A stretch of DNA of 63,514 bases, filler included, from Chiloscyllium plagiosum (lineage: Eukaryota): assembly GCF_004010195.1 (NCBI RefSeq). It is 12 parts of 12 records of this genome, joined end to end, with 100 filler letters (N's around TTAATTAATTAA, not from the genome) between each part and the next. Parts side by side here need not be neighbours in the genome. Positions count along the whole stretch, not along the records: positions 1 to 24,268 come from NW_025211672.1; 11 more parts are not named here. One strand, given 5' to 3'. The notes under the pieces were generated by a model that did no database searches, had not been told where the DNA came from, and saw nothing but the letters and a program-made list of their open reading frames with translations. The stretch's first letter is position 1. Every line of letters begins with the position of its first letter. The translations under genes and the position numbers were made by a program. Positions 1 through 14,834 of this stretch are shown piece after piece.

Positions 1-3000
1 TTTGATGAAGTAGATCCTGAGAAAAACACTTCCGCTTTGGGGAAAAGAAATATAAGAGGATGTCAATATTCCCTAATCACCAAGGTATCTGACAGGGAAT
101 TCCTCACCCAGATAGTGGCAGGAATAAGGAACTCCCTTCCACAGGGAGTAGTTGCAGCACAGATGCACTGAGCAGGAAGTTAAAAGACAATTGAAAGAAG
201 AAGCGAATAGAGGGCTATATTGACCAAAAATGATGAGAAGGGATCTCCAGACAGACTCAAGTGGAGCACAAATACTGGTCTGAACTCGCTGCATTCACTG
301 GGCTGTTCATGTGCTGTATGCCCGAGGTAATTCTACAATATCCCTGCATGGGATATCCCACCACATGCTATTCTCACGGATTGTCAGTCCCATTTATCAT
401 CAGAGTTATAACTTTACAACTGTTTGGGACTGTGTGTTTAAGGTATGACAAAGTTAAGGTGAAACTGAGACCTGTCTGACATCTGTCTGACAACAAACCT
501 GGGGGTTTTCTTTCTTAGAGATTAAAGAGGGTCTGGGCTGTTCCACTGGGAAGAGAGCACACGGTCTTCGAACACAGAAACAATGATGAAAGCAGCTGTG
601 ATGACCATGGGCACACGAATCATCTTCCAAACCCCAGAAAGATGCTGAAAATGTGATGTAGTAAATAGTTATACTTCCAACTGTCCATTCATTTTGGGGT
701 CTCTCCAATCGGTAATCAGCATTACGACCTGGATAGTAATGTTTTTAGCCTGTTTTTGGAGATACTGGTGAAGTGCTAATATCATTGGACTAATTGCTCA
801 GAAGCCCAGGGTACTTCTCTGGGATATAGACTAAAAACTGACAGGATTTAACTGATGGAATTTAAATTGGTATCAGAATGGTGACAAATTACTGCGAATG
901 CCAATTGTGGGAAAAAGATATCTTCAATCTTTACTGTTCTTTGAGGAATGAAATCTGCCATCCTCACCCAGCCTGTCGTGTATGCGATTACAGATACACA
1001 CAGATATGGTTGACTCTGAACTGTCCTCTGAAATGGTCACTCAATTAAGATCAGTTATGATGAACAATAAATACATACTTTGCCCATGACATCCACATCC
1101 TTGAATCACTAAATAGTCTCATGAGTAAGGTCAAAACTTATCAAAGTGTAAAATAAGGAAGGAAATTGATTGCCCAGCATCGCCAAAGGCATTGGAGGCA
1201 GCAGCTAATGTGCTGGCCTCCCCCAGCATTGACAATGGGATATTTGTGCAGTCTCCTCCGCCAGTGAGTTGCTGAATTAGTCACTGCCATCAGGACTGGA
1301 TATGGCAGCTTAGATCTAATCTGTTGGTTGTGGATTTTTTGAGCTCTATATATTGCTTGCTGCATATATGCTTGCCTTACAAGTAGTTCTGTTTAGTTTC
1401 ACCAGCACCATACAGAATGGGTTAGATTACACAGATTTAGAATCTCAAGTCCGGGCACCCCGAGGTGCTGTAAGCCAATAGCAGCAGCAGAATCACACTC
1501 CATAGCAATCTGCAATTTTGTGGCCTAAAATATATCACACTCTACCAATGCCACCAAACCAGATCATCAACCCGGGTTCAATGAGGCTTGCAGGAGAACA
1601 TGCCTAGAGCAGCATCAGAACATCTTCAAATAAGGAGTCAAGCAGATGTTGATAGATTCTTGTTCAGCAAGAGGGTGAAATGTTGTCAGGGTGAGCAGGA
1701 ATATGTATTCAAGGTTCCATTCTGATCAGTCATGGTCTTATTAAATGGTGGAACAGGTTCGAGGGACAAATGACTTCCTCCTGCTCATTTCCAATTATCT
1801 GGAGTTCCAAACTGACAGCTTTCCGCTCCCAGGCTTGCAATGGGCACAGCCTTGCTCCTGATGGTGTCAATGAGAGCTGGACGTCATGTGCCACTGGTGA
1901 AAAGCTCATTAATTATGTACATATTCTCATTGAATATGTCAATGTACAAAGGCAGACCACACTTTTTTGGAAATAGTGATGTGGACTTACAATGTGCTGA
2001 ATTGGGATGTGAACAAAGTGATATGAAATGAAAGCACAGTAACCCCTTTAATGCTTTTGGTGAGACAGTGCCCTGTAACTGCACATGTTCCTATGAAGCT
2101 GCTTCTCCCCCTATAATGTGCAACAGAGTAGCTGCAGGCAGGTTGCTCACCTCCCGTGCTGTAAGGGATTGAGGAACAGGGTGGCTGGCATCATCCTGCA
2201 GGGACCGAGAGGGCACCTACCTCAGACTGGAGTCTCTGCATTGTGTCGGAACAGCCACTGTCACTGGAAAAGACAGCACTGGAAGGGTTCTGGCAGAGGG
2301 GCTGGGGAGTGGTGCTGAGATGTTCTCAGAACTGTGCCCTTTTTCACTAAACCCCACAACCCTCGGTTATATTCCGGTGGGTGTGCTGGGCCTGGCTGCT
2401 GGTGGGCAGCAGCTGTCCATTCCACCAACTCTTGTGGTACCAGTCACAGAGAATGCCCTGTCAAGGGAATGCAGATGCTCGGGTATCCCACAGATATCAG
2501 TGCACACACTGTGAGGCGACTGCTGCAGGACACTGAATGAGCCTTATACCCACTGCACAGTCCCCTGGTGTGATTTCACATTGAAAGAGGAGAAACATGA
2601 GGATGATTAGGAGCTTGCAGTGTGACACTGAGGTCAGGCAAGTACTGCCCAGTGTCACAGCCACTTGCGCGCACTCAGCACAGAAACAGCTTTTTCCTTT
2701 GTCTTCATGAAAATATTCACTTTGCCCCTCAGTTTGTGAAATCACACCAGCCTCGTCCTCCCACTGTGGAGGAGTCATTTCTCTTCATAAAAGTACATTA
2801 ACTCACTGAACTCTGATTCCAAGGCTTTTGGCAACTCTTTAAACTGATGGCTGTTTAAATGTCCACTTTTAATAAGGTTAAAGCTTAATGCTGCTTTTGA
2901 CATGATGGTGCTCAGCAGTAGGGTCTGTGTGGACAGAGCCTCTTGATGAATAAAGCAGTGAACTGCAATCAGCTCACATGGAGGTAGTTTGAGATGATTC

Positions 3001-3089
3001 ATTTCTCATCCATTAACACCCCAAGACTGGCCTCTCTGTATGACCGACTCTATTAACCCCTAGACTGGGCTCTGTACACAACCATTAAC

Positions 3090-3955
3090 TCCCATGAACA
3101 TTAAATGAAAGGTTTGCGATATAGACTTGATGGAGAAATATCAAAATAATAAATAAGTGGACAAAAGAATTACAACGTGGGAATACGTGAACGTATTCAT
3201 TTTGGAAGGGGGACAAAATATCAGAATATCAGTTAAATGGAGAAAAACTGCAGAATGCTTAGGGATCCTTGTGCATGAAACACAGAAAGCGAGCACACAG
3301 GAACAGCAGGTAATCAGGAAGGTAATGGAACACTGGCCAATGTTTCAAGGGGCTTGGAGTCGAAGAGTTGAGAGGTCTAAATGCATCTGTACATAGTGCT
3401 GTGGGACCACTGAAGCAGGGTAAGCAGTTTCGGATCCATATTTAAGGAAAGATATCACTGATTTGGAGGCAGGTCAGGATTTGGACCCATTGCTAGGATG
3501 ATCCCTGGTATGGAAGGATTGTTTTATGAGAAAAGCTTAACCAGGTTGGGACTCTTCTCCATGCAGTTTCGAGGAATGAGAGGTGATCTCATGGTCACAT
3601 GTACCATTCTTAACGAGCTTCACATCATAAATGCTGAAAGAAAGTTTCCCTCAAGAGAGAGCTGAGGACTCAAAAGGCATTGTCTCAGAATGAAAGGGGT
3701 TCCAATCTAAATTAAGGAGACAGTTCTTTTCTCAGAGGGTTGGGCGTGTTTGAAACTCCTTGCTACAGACAGCTGTGGGGCAGAATCCTTGTGGATTTTT
3801 CAGGCTGAGATAGTTTCTTGATCAGGATGAGATTGAGGGTTATGTGAAAAAGACAACAAATTTAACGCGAAGATTGTCAGACCAGCCATGTTCCTATTGA
3901 ATGGAGAAGGAACCAAATGACCTCCTTCTGATCCTATTTTGGCTGATCTTAAGAT
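3090..3955 (+). mobile_element. Degraded CR1-type LINE, 3' part of ORF2 and tail
   Basis: Decayed CR1 RT C-terminal motifs (LGILVHETQKAS; GGAATGAGAGGTGATCTC; TTCTTTTCTCAGAGGGTT) with many stops. Boundaries approximate. Confidence 0.65.
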
Positions 3956-6170
3956 CGAACCAACACCATTAACCCCCACACTGGGCTCCCTGTACATGAC
4001 CCACTCCATTAACCCTCACACTGGGCTCTCTGTACATGACCCGCTCCATTAACCCCCACACTGGGCTCTCAGTACATGATCCACTCCATTAACCCTCACA
4101 CTGGGCTCTCAGTACATGACCCGCTCCATTAACCCTTACACTGGGCTCTCTGTACATGACCCACTCCATTAACCCCCACACTGGGCTCTCTGTACATGAC
4201 CCACTCCATTAACCCCCACACTGGGCTCTCAGTACATGACCCGCTCCATTAACCCCCACACTAGGCTCTCAGGACATGACCCGCTCCATTAACCCCCACA
4301 CTGGGCTCTCAGTACATGACCCGCTCCATTAACTCCCACACTGGGCTCTCTGTACATGACCAACTCCATTAACCCCCACACTGGGCTCTCTGTACATGAC
4401 CCACTCCATTAAACCACACACTGGGCTCTCGTACATGACTCACTCCATTAACACCCCACACTGGGCTCTCTGTACATGACACAGTCCATTAACCCCCACA
4501 CTGGGCTCCCTGTACATGACCCACGCCATTAACCCCAACACTGGGCTCCCTGTACATGACCCAGTCCATTAACCCCCACACTGGGCTCTCTCTACATGAC
4601 CCACCCCATTAACCCTCACACTGGGCTCTCTGCACATGACCCAGTCCATTAACACCCACACTGGGCTCTCTGTACATGACCCACTCCATTAACCCCCACT
4701 CTGGGCTCTCTGTACATGACCCACTCCATTAGCCCCCACACTGGGTTCCTTGTACATGACCCACTCCATTAGCCCCCACACTGGGCTATCTGTACATGAC
4801 CCATTCCATTAACCCCCACACTGGGCTCCCTGTACATGACCCACTCCATTAACCCCCAGTCTGGGCTCTCTGTACATGACCCACTCCATTAACCCCCACA
4901 CTGGGTTCCTTGTACATGACCCACTCCATTAACCCCCACACTGGGCTCACTGTACATGACCCGCTCCATTCACCCCCACACTGGGCTCTCTGTACATGAC
5001 CCACTCCATTAACCCTCACACTGGGTTCCCTGTACATGACTCACTCCATTAACCCCACACTGGGCTCTCTTTACATGACCCACTCCATTAACCCTCACAC
5101 TGGGTTCCCTGTACATGACCCACTCCATTAACCCCCACACTGGGCTCTCTGTACATGACCCACTTCATTAACCCCCACACTGGGTTCCCTGTACATGACC
5201 CACTCCATTAACCCTCACACTGGGCTCCCTCTACATGACCCACTCCACTAACTCCCACACTGGGCTCCCTGTACATGACTCACTCCATTAACCCTCACAC
5301 TGGGCTCTCTGTACATGACCCAATCCATTAACCCCGACACTGGGCTCTCGTACATGACCCACTCCATTAACCCCCACACTGGGCTCTCTGTACATGACCC
5401 ACTTCATTAACCCCCACACTGGGCTCTCTGGACATGACCCACTCCATTAAACCCCATACTGGGTTCCCTGTATATGACTCGCTCCATTAATACCCATACT
5501 GGGCTGTCTGTACATGACCAACTCCATTAACCCACACACTGGGCTTCATGCACATGACCCAATCCAGGGACCCCCACACTGGGCTCTGTATATGGGACCA
5601 ACTCCATTAGCCCCCACACTGGACTCCCTGTACATGACACACTCCATTAACCCCCACACTGGGCTCCCTGTATATGACCCATTGTATTAACACCCACATG
5701 GGGCACTCTGTACATGACCCACTCCATGAACGCCCACACTGGGCTCCCTCTACATGACCCACTCCATCAACCTACACGCTGGCTCCCTGTACATGACCCA
5801 CCCCATTAACCCCCACACTGGGTTCCTGTACATGACCCACTCCATGAACCCTCACACTGGGCTCCCTCTACATGACCCACTCCACTAACTCCCACACTGG
5901 GCTCCCTGTACATGACTCACTCCATTAACCCCCACACTGGGCTCTCGTACATGACCCACTCCATTAACCCCCACACTGGGCTCCCTGTACATGACCCACT
6001 CCATTAACCCCCATACTGGGCTCCTAGTACATGACCCATCCCATTAACCTCCACACTGGGCTCCCTGTACATGACCCACTCCATTAACCCCCACACTGGG
6101 CTCTCGTACATGACCCACTCCATTAACCCCCACACTGGGCTCCCTGTACATGACCCACTCCATTAACCCC

Positions 6171-9100
6171 ACACTGGGCTCTCGTACATGACCCACTCCA
6201 TTAACCCCCACACTGGGCTCTCGTACATGACCCACTCCATTAACCCCCACACTGGGCTCTCGTACATGACCCACTCCATTAACCCCCACACTGGGCTCTC
6301 GTACATGACCCACTCCATTAACCCCCACACTGGGCTCTCGTACATGACCCACTCCATTAACCCCCACACTGGGCTCTCGTACATGACCCACTCCATTAAC
6401 CCCCACACTGGGCTCTCGTACATGACCCACTCCATTAACCCCCACACTGGGCTCTCGTACATGACCCACTCCATTAACCCCCACACTGGGCTCTCGTACA
6501 TGACCCACTCCATTAACCCCCACACTGGGCTCTCGTACATGACCCACTCCATTAACCCCCACACTGGGCTCTCGTACATGACCCACTCCATTAACCCCCA
6601 CACTGGGCTCTCGTACATGACCCACTCCATTAACCCCCACACTGGGCTCTCGTACATGACCCACTCCATTAACCCCCACACTGGGCTCTCGTACATGACC
6701 CACTCCATTAACCCCCACACTGGGCTCTCGTACATGACCCACTCCATTAACCCCCACACTGGGCTCTCGTACATGACCCACTCCATTAACCCCCACACTG
6801 GGCTCTCGTACATGACCCACTCCATTAACCCCCACACTGGGCTCTCGTACATGACCCACTCCATTAACCCCCACACTGGGCTCTCGTACATGACCCACTC
6901 CATTAACCCCCACACTGGGCTCTCGTACATGACCCACTCCATTAACCCCCACACTGGGCTCTCGTACATGACCCACTCCATTAACCCCCACACTGGGCTC
7001 TCGTACATGACCCACTCCATTAACCCCCACACTGGGCTCTCGTACATGACCCACTCCATTAACCCCCACACTGGGCTCTCGTACATGACCCACTCCATTA
7101 ACCCCCACACTGGGCTCTCGTACATGACCCACTCCATTAACCCCCACACTGGGCTCTCGTACATGACCCACTCCATTAACCCCCACACTGGGCTCTCGTA
7201 CATGACCCACTCCATTAACCCCCACACTGGGCTCTCGTACATGACCCACTCCATTAACCCCCACACTGGGCTCTCGTACATGACCCACTCCATTAACCCC
7301 CACACTGGGCTCTCGTACATGACCCACTCCATTAACCCCCACACTGGGCTCTCGTACATGACCCACTCCATTAACCCCCACACTGGGCTCTCGTACATGA
7401 CCCACTCCATTAACCCCCACACTGGGCTCTCGTACATGACCCACTCCATTAACCCCCACACTGGGCTCTCGTACATGACCCACTCCATTAACCCCCACAC
7501 TGGGCTCTCGTACATGACCCACTCCATTAACCCCCACACTGGGCTCTCGTACATGACCCACTCCATTAACCCCCACACTGGGCTCTCGTACATGACCCAC
7601 TCCATTAACCCCCACACTGGGCTCTCGTACATGACCCACTCCATTAACCCCCACACTGGGCTCTCGTACATGACCCACTCCATTAACCCCCACACTGGGC
7701 TCTCGTACATGACCCACTCCATTAACCCCCACACTGGGCTCTCGTACATGACCCACTCCATTAACCCCCACACTGGGCTCTCGTACATGACCCACTCCAT
7801 TAACCCCCACACTGGGCTCTCGTACATGACCCACTCCATTAACCCCCACACTGGGCTCTCGTACATGACCCACTCCATTAACCCCCACACTGGGCTCTCG
7901 TACATGACCCACTCCATTAACCCCCACACTGGGCTCTCGTACATGACCCACTCCATTAACCCCCACACTGGGCTCTCGTACATGACCCACTCCATTAACC
8001 CCCACACTGGGCTCTCGTACATGACCCACTCCATTAACCCCCACACTGGGCTCTCGTACATGACCCACTCCATTAACCCCCACACTGGGCTCTCGTACAT
8101 GACCCACTCCATTAACCCCCACACTGGGCTCTCGTACATGACCCACTCCATTAACCCCCACACTGGGCTCTCGTACATGACCCACTCCATTAACCCCCAC
8201 ACTGGGCTCTCGTACATGACCCACTCCATTAACCCCCACACTGGGCTCTCGTACATGACCCACTCCATTAACCCCCACACTGGGCTCTCGTACATGACCC
8301 ACTCCATTAACCCCCACACTGGGCTCTCGTACATGACCCACTCCATTAACCCCCACACTGGGCTCTCGTACATGACCCACTCCATTAACCCCCACACTGG
8401 GCTCTCGTACATGACCCACTCCATTAACCCCCACACTGGGCTCTCGTACATGACCCACTCCATTAACCCCCACACTGGGCTCTCGTACATGACCCACTCC
8501 ATTAACCCCCACACTGGGCTCTCGTACATGACCCACTCCATTAACCCCCACACTGGGCTCTCGTACATGACCCACTCCATTAACCCCCACACTGGGCTCT
8601 CGTACATGACCCACTCCATTAACCCCCACACTGGGCTCTCGTACATGACCCACTCCATTAACCCCCACACTGGGCTCTCGTACATGACCCACTCCATTAA
8701 CCCCCACACTGGGCTCTCGTACATGACCCACTCCATTAACCCCCACACTGGGCTCTCGTACATGACCCACTCCATTAACCCCCACACTGGGCTCTCGTAC
8801 ATGACCCACTCCATTAACCCCCACACTGGGCTCTCGTACATGACCCACTCCATTAACCCCCACACTGGGCTCTCGTACATGACCCACTCCATTAACCCCC
8901 ACACTGGGCTCTCGTACATGACCCACTCCATTAACCCCCACACTGGGCTCTCGTACATGACCCACTCCATTAACCCCCACACTGGGCTCTCGTACATGAC
9001 CCACTCCATTAACCCCCACACTGGGCTCTCGTACATGACCCACTCCATTAACCCCCACACTGGGCTCTCGTACATGACCCACTCCATTAACCCCCACACT

Positions 9101-9997
9101 GGGCTCTCGTACATGACCCACTCCATTAACCCCCACACTGGGCTCTCGTACATGACCCACTCCATTAACCCCCACACTGGGCTCTCGTACATGACCCACT
9201 CCATTAACCCCCACACTGGGCTCTCGTACATGACCCACTCCATTAACCCCCACACTGGGCTCTCGTACATGACCCACTCCATTAACCCCCACACTGGGCT
9301 CTCGTACATGACCCACTCCATTAACCCCCACACTGGGCTCTCGTACATGACCCACTCCATTAACCCCCACACTGGGCTCTCGTACATGACCCACTCCATT
9401 AACCCCCACACTGGGCTCTCGTACATGACCCACTCCATTAACCCCCACACTGGGCTCTCGTACATGACCCACTCCATTAACCCCCACACTGGGCTCTCGT
9501 ACATGACCCACTCCATTAACCCCCACACTGGGCTCTCGTACATGACCCACTCCATTAACCCCCACACTGGGCTCTCGTACATGACCCACTCCATTAACCC
9601 CCACACTGGGCTCTCGTACATGACCCACTCCATTAACCCCCACACTGGGCTCTCGTACATGACCCACTCCATTAACCCCCACACTGGGCTCTCGTACATG
9701 ACCCACTCCATTAACCCCCACACTGGGCTCTCGTACATGACCCACTCCATTAACCCCCACACTGGGCTCTCGTACATGACCCACTCCATTAACCCCCACA
9801 CTGGGCTCTCGTACATGACCCACTCCATTAACCCCCACACTGGGCTCTCGTACATGACCCACTCCATTAACCCCCACACTGGGCTCTCGTACATGACCCA
9901 CTCCATTAACCCCCACACTGGGCTCTCGTACATGACCCACTCCATTAACCCCCACACTGGGCTCTCGTACATGACCCACTCCATTAACCCCCACACT
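6171..9997. repeat. Perfect 39-bp tandem core (~98 copies) CACACTGGGCTCTCGTACATGACCCACTCCATTAACCCC
   Basis: The 13-aa periodic ORFs in three frames reflect a 39-bp unit, the 1-nt deletion variant (CTCTCGTA vs CTCTCTGTA) of the 40-bp unit. Confidence 0.97.
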
Positions 9998-11482
9998 GTA
10001 CGCTCCCTGCACATGACCCACCACATTAACCCCCACAATGGGCTCCCTGTACATGACTCACTCCATTAACCCTCACACTGGGCTCCCTTTACATGACCAA
10101 CTCCATTAACACCAACACTGGGCTCCCTGTACATGACCCACTCAATTAACCCTCACATGGGCTCTGTGTCCATGACCAACTCCATTAACCCCACAATTGG
10201 CTGTCTATACATGACCCACTCCATTAACCTCCATACTGGGCTCCCAGTACATGACCCATCCCATTAACCCCCACACTGTGCTCACTGTACATGACCCACT
10301 CCATAAACTCCACACTGTGCTCTCTGTACGTGACCCACTCTATTAACCCTCACACTGGAGTCTCTGTTCATGACCCACTCCAATAGCCCCCACACTGGGC
10401 TCTCTGTTTGTGACCCACTCCATTAGCCCTCACACTGGCCTCCCAGTACATGACTCACCCCATTAACCCCCACAATTGGCCCTGTATACATGACCCACTC
10501 CATTAACCCCCACACTGGGCTCTCTGTACGTGACCCACTCTATTAACCCTCACACTGGGCTCTCTGTACATGACCCACTCCATTAGCCCTCACACTGGCC
10601 TCCCAGTGCATGACCCACTCCATTAACCCTCACACTGGGCTCTCTGTACATGACCCACTCCATTAACCACTACACTGGGCTCTCTGTACATGACCCACTC
10701 CATTAACCCCCACACTGGGCTCTCTGTACATGACCCACTCCATTAACCCCTACACTGGGCTCTCTGTACATGACCCACTCCATTAACCCCCACACTGGGC
10801 TCTCTGTACATGACCAACTCCATTAACCCCCACACTGTGCCCCCTATACATGATCCATCCCATTAACCCCCACACAGGGCTCCCTTTCCATGACTCACCA
10901 CATTAACCCCCCCACACAGGGCTCCCTTTCCATGACTCACCACATTAACCCCCACACTGGGCTCTCTGTACATGACCTACTCCATTAACCCCTACACTGG
11001 GCTCTCTGTACATGACCCACTCCATTAACCCTCACACTGGGCTCTCTGTACGTGACCCACTCTATTAACCCTCACACTGGGCTCTCTGTACATGACCCAC
11101 TCCATTAGCCCTCACACTGGCCTCCCAGTGCATGACCCACTCGATTAACCCCCACACTGGGTTCTCTGTATATGACACAGTCCATTAACCCTCACACTGG
11201 GCTCTCTGTACATGACCCACTCCATTAACCCCCATACTGGGCTCCCAGTACATGACCCACTCCATTAACCCTCACACTGGGCTCTCTGTACATGACCCAC
11301 TCCATTAACCCCCACACTGGGCTCTCGTACATGACCCCATCCCATTAACCCGCACACTGGGCTCTCTGTACATGACCCACTCCATTAACCCCCACACTGG
11401 GCTCTCTGTACATGACCCACTCCATTAGCCCTCACACTGGCCTCCCAGTGCATGCACTGGGCTCTCTGTACATGACCCCTCC

Positions 11483-11608
11483 ATTCCTGAAGAATGGCTC
11501 ATGCCCAAAGCGACGATTCTCCTGTTCCTTGGATGCTGCCTGACCTGCTGCGCTTTTCCAGCAACACATTTTCAGCTCTGATCTCCAGCATCTGCAGTCC
11601 TCACTTTC
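11483..11608 (+). mobile_element. Penelope-like terminal repeat fragment (degenerate hammerhead motif) inserted in minisatellite
   Basis: ATTCCTGAAGAATGGCTCATGCCCAAAGCGACGATTCTCC...CAGTCCTCACTTTC; CTCCATT present on both sides; near-identical to copies at 12810 and 13299. Confidence 0.65.
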
Positions 11609-12809
11609 CACTCCATTAACCCTCACACTGGGCTCCCTGCACATGACCCACCCCATTAACCCTCATACTGGGCTCCCTGTACATGACTCACTCCATTAAC
11701 CCTCACACTGGGCTCCCTGTACATAACCCATCACATTAACTCTCACACTGGGCAACACATTTTTAAGCTCACCCCATTAACCCCCACACTGGGCTCCCTT
11801 TACATGACCAACTCCATTAACACCAATGCTGGGCTCCCTGTACATGACCCACTCAATTAACCCTCACATGGGCTCTGTGTACATGACCAACTCCATTAAC
11901 CCCACAATTGGCTGTCTATACATGACCCACTCCATTAACCTCCACACTGGGCTCCCTGTACATGACTCACCACAATAAACCCCCATACTGGGCTCCCAGT
12001 ACATGACCCATCCCTTTAACCCCCACACTGTGCTCTCTGTATATGACCCACTCCATATACTCCACACTGTGCTCTCTGTACGTGACCCACTCTATTAACC
12101 CTCACACTGGGCTCTCTGTACATGACCTACTCCATTAACCCCCACACTGGGCTCTCTGTACGTGACCCACTCTATTAACCCTCACACTGGGCTCTCTGTA
12201 CATGACCCACTCCATTAGCCCTCACACTGGCCTCCCAGTGCATGACCTACTCCATTAACCTCACACTGGTCTCCCTCTACATGACCCACTCGATTAACCC
12301 CCACACTGGGTTCTCTGTACATGACACAGTCAATTAACCCTCACTGGGCTCTCTGTACATGACCTACTCCATTAACCCCCACACTGGGCTCTCTGTACAT
12401 GACCCACTCCTTTAACCCCCATACTGGGCTCCCAGTACATGACCCATCCCATTAACCCCCACACTGGGCTCTCTGTACATGACCTACTCCATTAACCCCC
12501 ACACTGGGCTCTCTGTACATGACCCACTCCTTTAACCCCCATACTGGGCTCCCAGTACATGACCCATCCCATTAACCCCCACACAGTGCTCTCTGTACAT
12601 GACCCACTCCATTAACCCTCACACTGGGCTCCCTGTACATGACCCACTCCAGTGATCCCCACGCTGGGCTCCCTGTACATGACTCACCCCATTAACCCTC
12701 ACACTGGGCGTTGTGTACATGACCCACTCCATTAACCCTCACACTGGGCTCCCTGTACATAACCCATCACATTAACTCTCACACTGGGCTCTCTGTACAT
12801 GACCCCTCC

Positions 12810-12935
12810 ATTCCTGAAGAATGGCTCATGCCCAAAACGTCGATTCTCCTGTTCCTTGGATGCTGCCTGACCTGCTGCGCTTTTCCAGCAACACATTTTC
12901 AGCTCTGATCTCCTGCATCTGCAGTCCTCACTTTC
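12810..12935 (+). mobile_element. Penelope-like terminal repeat fragment in minisatellite (copy 2)
   Basis: Same element and same junctions as 11483-11608. Confidence 0.65.
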
Positions 12936-13298
12936 CACTCCATTAACCCTCACACTACGCTCCCTGCACATGACCCACCCCATTAACCCCCACAATGGGC
13001 TCCCTGCACATGACCCACCCCATTAACCCCACAATGGGCTCCCTGAACATGACCCACCCCATTAACCCTCACACTGGGCCCTCTGTACATGACCAACTCC
13101 ATTAACACCAACGCTGGGCTCTCTGTACATGACCCACTCCATTAACCCCCACACTGGGCACCCTGCACATGACCCACCCCATTAACCCCACAATGGGCTC
13201 CCTGAACATGACCCACCCCATTAACCCTCACACTGGGCTCCCTGTACATAACCCATCACATTAACTCTCACACTGGGCTCTCTGTACATGACCCCTCC

Positions 13299-13424
13299 AT
13301 TCCTGAAGAATGGCTCATGCCCAAAACGTCGATTCTCCTGTTCCTTGGATGCTGCCTGACCTGCTGCGCTTTTCCAGCAACACATTTTCAGCTCTGATCT
13401 CCTGCATCTGCAGTCCTCACTTTC
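13299..13424 (+). mobile_element. Penelope-like terminal repeat fragment in minisatellite (copy 3)
   Basis: Matches copy 2, 489 bp downstream (identical 87-aa ORFs at 12732 and 13221). Confidence 0.65.
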
Positions 13425-14834
13425 CACTCCATTAACCCTCACACTACGCTCCCTGCACATGACCCACCCCATTAACCCCCACAATGGGCTCCCTGCACAT
13501 GACCCACCCCATTAACCCCCACGCTGGGCTCCCTGAACATGACCCACCCCATTAACCCTCACACTGGGCCCTCTGTACATGACCAACTCCATTAACACCA
13601 ACGCTGGGCTCTCTGTACATGACCCACTCCATTAACCCCCACACTGGGCACCCTGCACATGACCCACCCCATTAACCCCCACAATGGGCTCCCTGAACAT
13701 GACCCACCCCATTAACCCTCACACTGGGCTCCCTGTACATGACTCACTCCATTAACCCTCACACTGGGCTCCCTTTACATGACCAATTCCATTAACACCA
13801 ACGCTGGGCTCCCTGTACATGACTCACTCCATTAACCCTCACACTGGGATTCCTCTACATGACCCACTCCATTAACCCCCACATTGGGCTCCCTGTACAT
13901 GACTCTCCCCAATAAACCCCCATACTGGGCTCCCAGTACATGACCCATCCCATTAACCCCCACACTGTGCTCTCTGTACATGACCCACTCCATAAACTCC
14001 ACACTGTGCTCTCTGTATGTGACCCACTCTATTAACCCTCACACTGGACTCTCTGTTCATGACCCACTCCAATAGCCCCCACACGGGGCTCTCTGTTTGT
14101 GACCCACTCCATTAGCCCTCACACTGGCCTCCCAGCACATGACTCACCCCATTAACCCCCACAATGGGCCCTGTGTACATGACCCACTCCATTAACCCCC
14201 ACACTGGGCTCTCCATAAATGACCCACTCCATTAACCACCACAGTGTACTCTCTGTACATGACCCACTCCATTAACCCTCAAACTGGGCTCCCTGTACAT
14301 GTCCAACTCCATTAACCCCCACATTGGGCTCCCTGTAGATGACCCACTCCATGAACCCCTACACTGGGCTCTCTGTACATGACCCACCCCATTAACCCCC
14401 ACACTGGCCTCTCTGTACATGACCCACTCCATTAACCCCCACACTGGACTCTCTGTACATGAGCCACTCAATTAACCCCCACACTGGCTCCCTGTACATG
14501 ACCCACTCCATTTACCGTCACACTGGGCTTCCTTTACATGACTCACTCCATTAACCCTCACACTGGGCTCCCTCTACATGACCCACTCCATTAACCCCAC
14601 GCTGGGCTCCCTGTACATGACTCACTCCATTAACCCTCACACTGGGATTCCTCTACATGACCCACTCCATTAACCCCACGCTGGGCTCCCTGTACATGAC
14701 TCACTCCATTAACCCTCACACTGGGCCCCCTCTACATGACCCACTCCATTAACCCCCTCCCTGGGCTTTCTGTACATGACCCACTGCATTAACCCTCACA
14801 GTGGGCTCTCTGTACATGACTCACTGCATTAACT

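Noticed and set aside
505-645. Possible transmembrane exon on the minus strand (VWKMIRVPMVITAAFIIVSVFED) for the class I gene
   Set aside because: The hydrophobic frame is phase 0 rather than the phase 1 expected after alpha3, it is short, and it lies 20 kb away.
6044-10069. Three ORFs of about 1300 aa
   Set aside because: They are translations of a 39-bp unit that is stop-free in several frames on both strands; no unique sequence or gene structure.
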